In this document: one piece after another, positions 8,488-19,223 of the stretch
How the letters are laid out: every line of letters begins with the position of its first letter
Numbering within the stretch: position 1 is the first letter of the stretch
Source of the DNA: Kiritimatiellia bacterium
GTDB taxonomy: Bacteria; Verrucomicrobiota; Kiritimatiellia; CAIVKH01
Length of the DNA: 64,000 nucleotides
Assembly: GCA_035327585.1 (NCBI GenBank)
Contig: DAOLDD010000013.1
Span: 5,174 to 69,173, forward strand
Direction: 5' to 3'
Position numbers and translations under genes: made by a program
Notes under the pieces: generated by a model
Told to the model about the DNA's origin: nothing
The model's input: the letters and a program-made list of their open reading frames with translations, nothing else
Databases searched by the model: none

Positions 8488-9978
8488 TCAGGTGAGTTGG
8501 TAGTGCGGCGTGCTCATCAGGATGTGCAGGAGATCCCGGATCTGGGTGTTGGTGAACGGACCGCCCACGCGTTTCGCGAGGTACGTCTTGACCGCTTCCT
8601 GGTCCGCCTCCCGGAGCGGGGCCTGGAAGAGCACCCGCGCGAGGTGCGCGACGAGCTGGTCCGCGTCGCCCCGCACGGAGGCGGGCACGGCGAGGTCCGC
8701 GTCGACCGCCGGTTCCATCGTCGCGAGCGCCTTGATGATTTGCCCGCGCAACGGACCGCCGCCGGACAGCGCTTCATTCGGGCGACCCTGCGTCATTACG
8801 CGTCCGCCTTTCACGAGGAAGCCCGCGAGATTGTAGCGTTTGAGGAGCGTGTCCGCCGTGATCCAGGTATAGCCGCCGGGCCAGCCCTTGACGTTTGGCG
8901 GCTGGAACAGTTCCTGGCCGAGTGTGGCCAGGATGCCGGCGCACGCCTCGTCGGACGGCAGCGTGGCCTGCAGCATGCGCGTCGTGCCCGCGAGCCATTG
9001 CGCCGGACTCTTGATCTGCGTGCGCCGCGCCCGCTCACTGTAGAAGGCGCGGCTCCGGAACATGGCGCGCAGGACGGGCTTTAGTTCGAGCTGGTGTTTC
9101 ACGAACACCGCCGCGAGGGCGTTAACCACCTCCGGTTCCGGGTCGTCGTATGCGAAGAAACTCCACAGCTTCGCGCAGATGAACGGGGCCATCGCCGGTT
9201 GCTTAAGGATCAGGCGGACGGCGTCACCGCCGTTGAAGGCGCCGGTCTCGCCGAAGATCGTCTTGGCGCCGGTGTCGCGCAGACGGGGGCGTTCCATGAA
9301 GCGAAAAGCCTCCTGTTGCAGGCTCCACCCGCAAAACGCGCGCGCCGCGTTCTTGATGTCCTCCTCGGCATAGTTGCCCTCGCCGAGGGAGAACAGTTCC
9401 ATCACCTCGCGCGCGAAATTCTCATTCGGCTGCTTTGGGTTGCTGCGCGCATTGTCGAGATAGATCAGCATCGCCGGGTCCTGCGCCACCGCGACGACCA
9501 GCGCCTCGAAATTTCCCGCCGCGTGCGCGCGGAACGTCGTGTTCTGCAGGTACATCGGGTAGGCGAACCGCACCTTTTCGAAACTCGTCGCGAAGTGGCC
9601 GTGCCAGAACAGGGTGAGTTTTTCCTGCAGGGGGCGCGCGGTGTTGCGCATGCGAGCGAGCCACCAGCCGCGCGCGGCGATGATGCGCAGGGCCTCGGTT
9701 CGCCGCTCCTCGCGCTGGTATTCCTGCCGTTCCTCCCGCGTCATTCCCTGCGTGGCGCGGGGATCGGGCCTTGCGTCCGCGCCGTCTGCGGCCGCGAAGG
9801 CGGGCGGTTCAACCACATCCGGTATGGCCTCGAAATCGACCAGTCGGTCCACCGCCTCGCCAGGTGTCATCGCCGCCGTCGCGAGTATTTCGTCGAGCGT
9901 GCCGCCGAAACCCGCGCGGTTCACCAGGTGCGCGGCCAGGGTGGGGGACCAGTCTTCGCGTGGGAGCTCGGTTAACAT
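8488..9978 (-). CDS. DUF1800 family protein
   Basis: HLVNRAGFG, LQEKLTLFWHGHFATS, AMLIYLDN, PNENFARE.MELF and PPNVKGW; adjacent to its usual partner DUF1501. Start placed at the ATG at 9978 rather than the track start at 10026. Confidence 0.92.
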   Translation of the reverse strand: MLTELPREDWSPTLAAHLVNRAGFGGTLDEILATAAMTPGEAVDRLVDFEAIPDVVEPPAFAAADGADARPDPRATQGMTREERQEYQREERRTEALRIIAARGWWLARMRNTARPLQEKLTLFWHGHFATSFEKVRFAYPMYLQNTTFRAHAAGNFEALVVAVAQDPAMLIYLDNARSNPKQPNENFAREVMELFSLGEGNYAEEDIKNAARAFCGWSLQQEAFRFMERPRLRDTGAKTIFGETGAFNGGDAVRLILKQPAMAPFICAKLWSFFAYDDPEPEVVNALAAVFVKHQLELKPVLRAMFRSRAFYSERARRTQIKSPAQWLAGTTRMLQATLPSDEACAGILATLGQELFQPPNVKGWPGGYTWITADTLLKRYNLAGFLVKGGRVMTQGRPNEALSGGGPLRGQIIKALATMEPAVDADLAVPASVRGDADQLVAHLARVLFQAPLREADQEAVKTYLAKRVGGPFTNTQIRDLLHILMSTPHYQLT

Positions 9979-10040
9979 AACAGGATGTATAACGATATAT
10001 TCGAGCAGATTATTGTCGATGATCAATTCGAATCATGTGG

Positions 10041-12260
<2,220 letters not shown>

Positions 12261-12266
12261 GCCTGT

Positions 12267-12275
12267 AGCCTACCA
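12267..12275 (-). promoter_or_regulatory. Extended -10 promoter, probably leaderless, for yyaL
   Basis: Minus strand TGG-TAGGCT (TGn-TAnnnT), 6 nt before the ATG at 12260. Confidence 0.45.
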
Positions 12276-12280
12276 CACCC

Positions 12281-12464
12281 CCTCGTCATCGTCCTCCTCG
12301 TCCTCAATTCGGAATATTTACCACGGAGTACACGGAGGCACGGAGAGAGGAGAACGAGGGACCGCGGATTAATCCGCGTTAATCCGTTTAATCGGCGGTC
12401 AAATCTACCTCTTCTTACGCAATGGCATTCGACAATGAGAACGACGACGAGTACGAGGACGAAG
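12281..12464. repeat. Nested repeat element in the divergent yyaL/amidase intergenic region
   Basis: Outer inverted hexamer arms ((C/A)TCGTC units at 12282-12308; GAC/GAG-type hexamers at 12431-12463) enclose a CACGGAG x3 arm (12322-12345) and an AATCCG-type arm (12361-12400). Confidence 0.7.
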
Positions 12465-12521
12465 TGGGGACGAAATCTGCTCGTGTCCGGCGGGGCTGCA
12501 TCTAGAATGACCGGCCTTGCT

Positions 12522-13508
12522 ATGAAGTGCCTGGCCTCCATCTTTCTGTTTCTCGTCCTCGCGTGCGGAGCGCAAGCCGCGGCCCCGTCCGGCGAACTGC
12601 CGGCGTTCTGGCATGAGAAGGAAAAGTTTGTCGCGCTGCGCGACCTCGCGGCGACGTATGGCATGGAACTCAGCGGCCCGGCCGCCCAGCGGATCACGAT
12701 CCAGAACCGCTCCCACACGCTGATATTCAAAACCGACGGGCGCGAGGCGCAAATCGACGGCACGCTGGTCTGGCTGCATGCGCCGGTTTCCCTCGTGCGC
12801 GGGCGCTGGGCGATGCGGGAGGTGGACGCGCGGGTCGTGGTGGACCCTGTCATGCGGCCGGGCCGCTATTTGAAGTCCGTCGGCCACCGCGTGGTCGTCA
12901 TTGATCCCGGCCATGGCGGCCAGGATACCGGCGCGAAGGGACGGCGCGGCGTCGAGGAGAAGCGCGTGGCGCTGGATCTCGCCCGCCGCCTGCGTGCGCA
13001 CCTGGTCAACGCCGGGGTGAAGGTCTACATGACGCGCGAGAGCGACCGGTTCATCGAACTCGACGAGCGCTGTCGCAAGGCCGGGCGCTGGGGCGCGGAT
13101 TTCTTTATCAGCATCCACCTCAACTCCGCCGCCAGCACCTCCGCGTCCGGCGCGGAAACCTACGCCCTCGCCGCCGCCGGCTATGAATCGACGGCGGGCG
13201 GCCTGTCGAATCTCAGCCAGCCGGGCAACCAGTTTGAAGCGGCGAACGGCGTCGCCGCGTTCAACATCCAGCGCGCCCTCACGACCCGGCTGGGCTCCGT
13301 CGATCGCGGCGTCAAACGCTCGCGTTTCCTCGTGCTGAAAAACGCGCCGTGCCCCGCCGTTCTGGTCGAATGCGCCTTCGTCTCGAATCCGCGGGAGGAG
13401 GAGAAACTGCTGCTGGAGGCGCATCGCGAGGCGATGGCGCAAAGCCTCGCGCGCGGCACGCTCAACTACCTGAATCTCGTCAAACGCGCGCAAGTGGAGG
13501 TCCGATGA
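12522..13508 (+). CDS. N-acetylmuramoyl-L-alanine amidase (Amidase_3) with N-terminal copper-amine-oxidase-N-like domain
   Basis: VVIDPGHGGQDTGA, EKRVALD, FISIHLN and LKNAPCPAVLVECAFVSN; signal peptide from the ATG at 12522. The track ORF is artificially extended to 11001. Confidence 0.93.
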   Translation: MKCLASIFLFLVLACGAQAAAPSGELPAFWHEKEKFVALRDLAATYGMELSGPAAQRITIQNRSHTLIFKTDGREAQIDGTLVWLHAPVSLVRGRWAMREVDARVVVDPVMRPGRYLKSVGHRVVVIDPGHGGQDTGAKGRRGVEEKRVALDLARRLRAHLVNAGVKVYMTRESDRFIELDERCRKAGRWGADFFISIHLNSAASTSASGAETYALAAAGYESTAGGLSNLSQPGNQFEAANGVAAFNIQRALTTRLGSVDRGVKRSRFLVLKNAPCPAVLVECAFVSNPREEEKLLLEAHREAMAQSLARGTLNYLNLVKRAQVEVR

Positions 13509-14410
13509 AAAAGCAAACTGTTCGTCCGTCCGCGAACTTCACGTGGGGCCGCCCGCTGCACCTCAAGTACTACATGTTCGATTGGGACGACAATATCCTG
13601 CACATGCCGACGCGGATTCACCTCGAGAAGAAAACCGCGAGCGGCTGGGCGCCGTACGACGTGTCGACCGCGCAATTCGCGCGCATCCGGCGCACGATGA
13701 AGAACTGCCGGCCGCTGGGCGATGACTGGGATCGCGCGTTTTCCGATTTCTACGACGTGGGTCGGCGCGGCGTGGAGGCCTTCCTCGACGACACGCGCAA
13801 GGCGTTGCGTCCGATTATCAAAGGCGAAGCGCGCGGCGCGCCGAGCTTCCAGAAATTCCGCAAGGCGCTGGTCGAGGGACGCCTGTTCGCCATCATCACC
13901 GCGCGCTCCCATAGCGCCGCCGCGATCCGCAAGGGCGTCGAATATTTCATCAAGCGCGTGCTCACGCCCGCCGAGATGGCGGAGATGCTCGCCAACCTGC
14001 GCGGCTACATCGCCTATTTTGACGGCGATCCCGGGGCCCTGTCCGACCGGCAGGTGCTCAAGCAATACCTCGACCTCTGCCGCTATCGCGGGGTGACCTC
14101 GCCGGAGTTCCAGCAGTTGATGGGCCGCAAGCTCGGCGGTTCGGAGAGCCCCGAGGAGGCGAAGCAGTTCGCCATTCGCGAATTTGTGCAGCACGCCATC
14201 GGTCTCGTGCGCGGCGGCAAAAAGGTGGCGAAGATCAGCATCGGGTTCTCGGATGACGACCGGAAAAACATCGAGGCCGTCGAGGAGTTCATCCGCCACG
14301 AACTGGGCCGCGAGTATCCCGGCGTCAAATTCGTCGTCTACGACACCTCCGATCCCCGCCGTCGCGCCGGCCGGAAAATCGTGATCAAGCGGGAGGCGGG
14401 GAAAGCCTAG
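13505..14410 (+). CDS. HAD-superfamily hydrolase-like hypothetical protein (FDWDDN type)
   Basis: Motif I FDWDDNI, motif II IITARSH, a candidate motif III Lys and motif IV GFSDDD; ATGA overlap with the amidase stop. Confidence 0.65.
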   Translation: MKKQTVRPSANFTWGRPLHLKYYMFDWDDNILHMPTRIHLEKKTASGWAPYDVSTAQFARIRRTMKNCRPLGDDWDRAFSDFYDVGRRGVEAFLDDTRKALRPIIKGEARGAPSFQKFRKALVEGRLFAIITARSHSAAAIRKGVEYFIKRVLTPAEMAEMLANLRGYIAYFDGDPGALSDRQVLKQYLDLCRYRGVTSPEFQQLMGRKLGGSESPEEAKQFAIREFVQHAIGLVRGGKKVAKISIGFSDDDRKNIEAVEEFIRHELGREYPGVKFVVYDTSDPRRRAGRKIVIKREAGKA

Positions 14411-14434
14411 CGGCTTGCCCTGCCTATCGTAAGC

Positions 14435-14509
14435 CGTTCGCGTTCACGTACCCGTACACGCTCCTGGCTTTCGTGATCGTGAACGTGTACGTGAACGTGA
14501 ATGAGAACG
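14435..14509. repeat. Hairpin of inverted hexamer arrays (CGTTCA/CGTGAA), copy 1
   Basis: CGTTCG CGTTCA CGTACC CGTACA CGCTCC ... CGTGAT CGTGAA CGTGTA CGTGAA CGTGAA TGAGAA. Confidence 0.8.
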
Positions 14510-14524
14510 GAAGGGTGGCGGGCC

Positions 14525-14552
14525 TTGAAATCGCGGGGCGGGGGTCTACACT
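14525..14552 (+). promoter_or_regulatory. Sigma70 promoter, probably leaderless
   Basis: TTGAAA-N16-TACACT, with the ATG at 14559 six nt downstream. Confidence 0.65.
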
Positions 14553-14558
14553 GCGGGC

Positions 14559-15602
14559 ATGTTTGAGCCTGTGACCGGGGAAATTTTCTTTCGCTGCACC
14601 GCGTGCCGCCGCCGCCTGGCGGTCGAGGCGCGCGCGCGCGGGCTCATGGTGGATTGCCCCGGCTGCCACGCTTCCCTTTTGGTGCCGGAACGCTCCACCG
14701 TAACGGACCCCGCCGTGGTGCGGCGCCGCTCGGCCCGTGCCTTCATGCTGATCGGCGGCCTGGCCTGTGGCGCAGCCGGCTGGTGGCTCGCGCGGGGTGG
14801 GGCGGAGGAAGCCGCTGCCGTCGCGCCGGCGCAACCCGCTGTTCGCGAATTGAGCAACCCGCTGCGCGAAGCGCTGGCCGCGCGTTCGAAGACCGGCGCG
14901 TCTTCGGAGCGGGCGCTGGCTGATGCGCGGGCGCTGGAACAGGAATATTCCCATCTCCAATCCGCGCACCGCGCGGTGAGCCGGCAGTACGAGGATCTCG
15001 CGAACTGGGTGCTCACCAACCTGCGTGGACGCTTCCTGCTGAAGGACCGGCATGTCGGCCGCCTGCGGTTCTCACCGGTCGGCGAGGATTATTCCGTGCA
15101 CCCGGACCTCGCCGATTTCCTCGCGGTGAACGAGCAGGAATCGGGCTTGATGCAGGACCTCTTGCAGTATGGACGCGCGGCGCTGCTCGGTTTGCAGCGG
15201 CAGTACGCCGTCACGACGCAGGCCGCGCCCGGCCAGGTCTCCGTCTACATCCCTCCCTTCGATCGCGAAGGCGCCGCGCTGCGCGAAGACCTCTACAGCG
15301 GCCTGCAAACCGTGCTCGGCGCGGATCGCTTCAACCGCATGATCGCCGTGGGCGAGGAGGAGCTCGTCCGCGCCTACGACTACTTCGGCGCCGCCGCGCG
15401 CACGCTTGTGTTCGAACTCGCCATGGACCCCGCGGTTTCCAAACAGCCGTACCTCGTGATTCGAGACGGCTGGGTGATTCCGAAGGACGCGTCGCGCCGC
15501 GTGACCGAAACAACCGAGGAAGCCGTCACCGAACTGCCCCCTCGCTACAACGCCTACCTCCCCCTCCTGCCCGAATTCGTGGCCACCTATGCCAAACCCT
15601 GA
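14559..15602 (+). CDS. Hypothetical bitopic membrane protein with N-terminal zinc ribbon
   Basis: CTAC...CPGC zinc ribbon, one TM helix (FMLIGGLACGAAGWWLA) and a coiled-coil-like segment. Confidence 0.65.
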   Translation: MFEPVTGEIFFRCTACRRRLAVEARARGLMVDCPGCHASLLVPERSTVTDPAVVRRRSARAFMLIGGLACGAAGWWLARGGAEEAAAVAPAQPAVRELSNPLREALAARSKTGASSERALADARALEQEYSHLQSAHRAVSRQYEDLANWVLTNLRGRFLLKDRHVGRLRFSPVGEDYSVHPDLADFLAVNEQESGLMQDLLQYGRAALLGLQRQYAVTTQAAPGQVSVYIPPFDREGAALREDLYSGLQTVLGADRFNRMIAVGEEELVRAYDYFGAAARTLVFELAMDPAVSKQPYLVIRDGWVIPKDASRRVTETTEEAVTELPPRYNAYLPLLPEFVATYAKP

Positions 15603-16314
15603 CGACGCCACTCCGCGCCGTGTGCGCTTGCACAAATACATGGCCGAATGCGGTGTCGCCGCGCGCCGCGCGTGTGAGCGCATCATGCAGGAGGGCCGGG
15701 TGCGCGTGGATGGTGCGGTCGTCCGCGAGCCGGGAACCACCATTGATCCCACCACGCAGCGCGTCGAAGTGGATGGACGCTTGATCAGCCGCGAGCGCTT
15801 CCGCTACCTGCTCTACCACAAGCCGCGCGGCGTGCTCAGCGCGCTCTCCGACGACCGCGGGCGCGGGCACCTCGGCGACGTGCTGCCACCGGAACTCGGA
15901 CGCGTGTACCACGTCGGCCGCCTCGACCAGGACAGCGAGGGCCTGTTGCTGCTCACGAACGACGGCGAATTCGCCGCGCGCATGACGCACCCGCGCTACG
16001 AAATCGAAAAGACCTACCAAGTCTGGTGCACCGGCGAGCCTGATGCCGCCGCGATCCAGCGCATGCTGGACGGCATTGAAGACGACGGCGAACGCCTGCG
16101 CGCTAAACGAATCGACCGCATCGACACGGGCCATTACACCGTCGTGCTGACGGAGGGAAAAAAACGGGAAATCCGCCGCCTCTTCGCCGCTTGCGGCTGC
16201 CCCGTGACGCGCCTGCTGCGCACCGCCGTCGGCCCCGTCCGCCTCGGCGCGCTCTCCACCGGCCTCTTCCGCGACCTCACCCCCGAAGAGGTCGCCACGC
16301 TTCGCGCGCTGTAG
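15589..16314 (+). CDS. rRNA pseudouridine synthase, RsuA/RluB family, with S4 domain
   Basis: RLHKYMAECGVAARRACE S4 domain, YHKPRGV, VGRLDQDSEGLLLLTNDG and EGKKREIRR. Confidence 0.95.
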   Translation: MPNPDDATPRRVRLHKYMAECGVAARRACERIMQEGRVRVDGAVVREPGTTIDPTTQRVEVDGRLISRERFRYLLYHKPRGVLSALSDDRGRGHLGDVLPPELGRVYHVGRLDQDSEGLLLLTNDGEFAARMTHPRYEIEKTYQVWCTGEPDAAAIQRMLDGIEDDGERLRAKRIDRIDTGHYTVVLTEGKKREIRRLFAACGCPVTRLLRTAVGPVRLGALSTGLFRDLTPEEVATLRAL

Positions 16315-16321
16315 GCTACCC

Positions 16322-16380
16322 CTCCGGCGGCGGAGCGCCGGAGCTACAGCCCCTGTAGTTCCGCCGCTCTGTCGGCGGAG
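16322..16380. repeat. GTAG-type REP doublet, family A (GTAG ends facing inward)
   Basis: CTCCGGCG-GCGGAG-CGCCGGAG-CTAC ... GTAG-TTCCGCCG-CTCTGT-CGGCGGAG, between convergent genes. Confidence 0.85.
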
Positions 16381-16416
16381 ATTCGGGAGAATTCGTCTCC
16401 ATTCGTGGTTAAAAAA

Positions 16417-17262
16417 TTACGCGCACGCGGCGCCGACTTCGCCGAGCAGGTGCGCGACGGAGTCCTCCAGCGAAAGCTGGCCCGCCGCGACCTGCACTTC
16501 GTAGCGGCGGTGCCAAAGGCCGAGGCGCGGCCGCGCCTGGCGCAGTTCGTCGAGAATCAACGGGACCATCGGCCCGCCTTCATCGAGGTAACCGGATTCC
16601 ACAAATGCGCGCTCCGCCGCGGCGCGGTCGTACGTCACCCGCACGATGCGCGCGGACCAGCCTTCGTTCCATTCGAGCACCGCGAAGGAGGGCTGCGTGA
16701 TGCCGTCGAACGGCATGCCGACCGCGCCCGCGTTGACGATCATCGTGCCGTTGATCCGGCGGATGAACGGAATGTGCGTGTGCCCGGCCACGAGCACCGC
16801 CGGCTGCGGCGCGGTCAATTCCGCGAGCACCGGTTCCTCCATGTCCTCGTAAAGTCCCTGCCGGTTCCCGCGCATCGACGCATGCACAAAGCGGACTTCC
16901 GAGCCGTCCGGGCCGTTCAGCGAAAAATGGTCCGGCCACACCGCGAGCCGCGGCAACAGGTCGCGCACGCGGTTCATCGTCCAGTGCGTGTGCGCGTAAA
17001 GCAGTCGTTCCCACGGTGCGCGCGCAAGTTCCCCCCGCGACTCCAGCAGGACAAAATCCTCGTGGTTGCCCTTGATAAACTGCCAGTGCCGCGCCTCGCG
17101 CAGGCCGAGCAGCCGCTCCAGGCACGCACGCGGTTCCGGGCCGCGGTTGATCACGTCGCCCGCGACGACCACCTGGTCCGGAGCCAGCGCGTCCACCTCC
17201 GCCAGCACCGCCTCCAGGGCGACGCGGTTCGCGTGGACGTCCGATAGAATCACGATGCGCAT
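16417..17262 (-). CDS. Metallophosphoesterase (YfcE/calcineurin-like) family protein
   Basis: LSDVHAN, GDVINRGP, KGNHE, FVHAS, AGHTHIPF and VNAGAVG. Start placed at MRIVILSD (ATG 17262). Confidence 0.9.
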   Translation of the reverse strand: MRIVILSDVHANRVALEAVLAEVDALAPDQVVVAGDVINRGPEPRACLERLLGLREARHWQFIKGNHEDFVLLESRGELARAPWERLLYAHTHWTMNRVRDLLPRLAVWPDHFSLNGPDGSEVRFVHASMRGNRQGLYEDMEEPVLAELTAPQPAVLVAGHTHIPFIRRINGTMIVNAGAVGMPFDGITQPSFAVLEWNEGWSARIVRVTYDRAAAERAFVESGYLDEGGPMVPLILDELRQARPRLGLWHRRYEVQVAAGQLSLEDSVAHLLGEVGAACA

Positions 17263-17341
17263 ACCGCGCCGAATGTACGCCAGCGCGCGCCCGATTGCAT
17301 ATTTGTTTTCCGCCACGGCGGACGTGGGTATTCTTAAAGAT

Positions 17342-17755
17342 ATGAAATCCCTGCTATCCGCCCTTTGCCTCTCCCTCGGCGTTACCCTCGCGCAAGCCGC
17401 AGCCCCGGCCCTCGTCGAGGTCGTCGACACGCTTGCGCCATCCAACGCGCTGAACGTCGTCACCTATTCCGCCCCGCGCGCCGTCTCGATCGCGGAACTC
17501 GGACTGGACGCGCTGCACGCCGGCGTCGCGATCATGGTGGCCGACGAAATCCGCATCTTCGCGAGCCGCGACGCGATGGACGCCTCGCCGAAGGCGCGAC
17601 TCTGGCGCAACGCGCGCGAGGGCAATCGCTGGTGGTACCAAACCGGCGGCGTAGGAAGCGCCGAGGGCCATGTCGTGCAACCCGGCGAAGTCATCGTCGT
17701 CGTAACCCGCGCCTCCACGCAGCCCATCGCTTGGAAGAACCCGCTTTCGCCGTAA
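17342..17755 (+). CDS. Small secreted protein homologous to the C-terminal domain of the two giant proteins
   Basis: Signal peptide MKSLLSALCLSLGVTLAQA; LNVVTYSAPRAVSIAELGL...ADEIRIF...VVQPGEVIVV...W aligns by eye with the giant-protein ends. Confidence 0.75.
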   Translation: MKSLLSALCLSLGVTLAQAAAPALVEVVDTLAPSNALNVVTYSAPRAVSIAELGLDALHAGVAIMVADEIRIFASRDAMDASPKARLWRNAREGNRWWYQTGGVGSAEGHVVQPGEVIVVVTRASTQPIAWKNPLSP

Positions 17756-17758
17756 AAT

Positions 17759-17804
17759 TTACAACGTCTGTAATTCCTTTTTTTGGGACTTACAACGTCT
17801 GTAA
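17759..17804. repeat. Direct pair of TTACAACGTCTGTAA (TTACA-N5-TGTAA palindrome)
   Basis: Identical 15-mers at 17759-17773 and 17790-17804, with 31-bp periodicity. Confidence 0.8.
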
Positions 17805-17833
17805 AACTGTTCTGATCGCAGCGGATACTCCCC

Positions 17834-17900
17834 CGTTCACGTTCACGTTACCGTTCACGGTTGTCGTGTACGTGTAGGTGTACGTGAACGTGAACGAGAG
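17834..17900. repeat. Hairpin of inverted hexamer arrays (CGTTCA/CGTGAA), copy 2
   Basis: CGTTCA CGTTCA CGTTAC CGTTCA ... CGTGTA CGTGTA GGTGTA CGTGAA CGTGAA CGAGAG. Confidence 0.8.
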
Positions 17901-17902
17901 AG

Positions 17903-19003
17903 CTACGGCGTGATGCGAATTTCACCAATCTTCGGCGCGCCGCCGGTGTCGTCGGCGGGGAAGGTCAGGAGCAGGAAGCGCGCGGTGACGGGTCCGCTTT
18001 CAAGCGCCTTGTTGAGATCTGGCCATTGCTCGGCGTCCATGCTGTAGAAGGGAAGCGCGTTGGTGATGCTGTGCTTGGCGTGCTGGATTTCCAGCGCGGA
18101 CAGCGTCAGCGGCGGATGGAACTCCGCAGCGAGCCACCAGCCGGCTTGGCCTTCGGCGCCGTCCCATTGCGTCGTCGTATCGCCGTCGAAGACGTGCCAC
18201 GCGTTGGTATTCGACACGGCGGAGCTGCTGGCGACGACGAGGATGGGGCGGGGCGTCGCGTCGGTGCTGTCGGCGGGCGCTTCGCGGTCAGCAAGCGCGG
18301 CGAGGCGAGTCTTGGCTTCCGCGCCGAGCGAGACGTGGTGCTCGACGGCCTGGCTTTCCTCGTAGAGCTGGCGGACTTCCTCGTCGTCGAGCGTGCGCGC
18401 GTAGATCAGTACATCGTCGATTGCGCCGGGGAAATAGCGCGCGTTCTCACTGTCGAAATGGCGGCCGATCTGGAAGTTCCCGGCGACGAACGAGTCGTCC
18501 TCCGTGTAGTCGCGTTCCGCGACGAGGGCGCCGTCCATGTAGACCTTGAGTTTTTCGCCGTAGGTGACGGCGACCTGGGTCCAGCGTCCCTTCGCGAAGG
18601 CGAAGTTGGCGACCATGTTCGCGTTGTAGGTGTTCGGGCCGGAGCCAATGACGTAGCTGTGGCCGAAGGCGTCGCCGATGCCGCTGTCGAGGATGGAGTA
18701 GGGGCGCAGGCCGGGGCGGTCGTCGAGGCGGAACCAGAAGGAGAAGCTGACGGGGAAGCGTTTGCCGCTCACCGGCGTCGCGGCATAGGCGCCCTGGCCG
18801 TCGAGCAACAGCGCGCCGTCCGGGTTGCCGTGCCGGTCGGTCGTGAATTCCGCGCCGACGAGCTGGGCGTGCTGCCCGCGCCCGCTGTGGTCGTCCGCGG
18901 TGCCATTGAAGAAATATGCCGCGAGCAGGTCCGCGCTGAAATCCGCGCGTGCGGTTGGGGCGAGCAGGGCGAAGCCGATGAACAGGGTGAAGAGTGTGCG
19001 CAT
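17903..19003 (-). CDS. Secreted LamG/concanavalin-like domain protein with C-terminal discoidin (F5/8C)-like domain
   Basis: [16 protein letters not shown]...[14 protein letters not shown]...WTQVAVTY...VYMDG...[13 protein letters not shown]; then [13 protein letters not shown]. Confidence 0.85.
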   Translation of the reverse strand: MRTLFTLFIGFALLAPTARADFSADLLAAYFFNGTADDHSGRGQHAQLVGAEFTTDRHGNPDGALLLDGQGAYAATPVSGKRFPVSFSFWFRLDDRPGLRPYSILDSGIGDAFGHSYVIGSGPNTYNANMVANFAFAKGRWTQVAVTYGEKLKVYMDGALVAERDYTEDDSFVAGNFQIGRHFDSENARYFPGAIDDVLIYARTLDDEEVRQLYEESQAVEHHVSLGAEAKTRLAALADREAPADSTDATPRPILVVASSSAVSNTNAWHVFDGDTTTQWDGAEGQAGWWLAAEFHPPLTLSALEIQHAKHSITNALPFYSMDAEQWPDLNKALESGPVTARFLLLTFPADDTGGAPKIGEIRITP

Positions 19004-19087
19004 GTTGGGTCTCCCGTGGGATAGACAACTACCCCGCGGCGACGTTCAGGGCAAGGGGGGAATGAACATCGTCTGTGCTCGTTCGCT

Positions 19088-19153
19088 TTCCGCCGGCAGA
19101 GCGGCGGAACTACAGCAGAATGCGGTTGTAGCTCCGGCGCTCCGTCGCCGGAG
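19088..19153. repeat. GTAG-type REP doublet, family A
   Basis: TTCCGCCG-GCAGAG-CGGCGGAA-CTAC ... GTAG-CTCCGGCG-CTCCGT-CGCCGGAG. Confidence 0.85.
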
Positions 19154-19172
19154 AGGGAATGAACCACCTGGG

Positions 19173-19209
19173 CTCATTTCGTCATTGGTCATTGGGTCAT
19201 TCGCCATTA
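19173..19209 (+). repeat. Degenerate GTCATTG heptamer array upstream of leuS
   Basis: CTCATTTC GTCATTG GTCATTG G GTCATTC GCCATTA. Confidence 0.7.
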
Positions 19210-19223
19210 CTATCCACGCCCCT

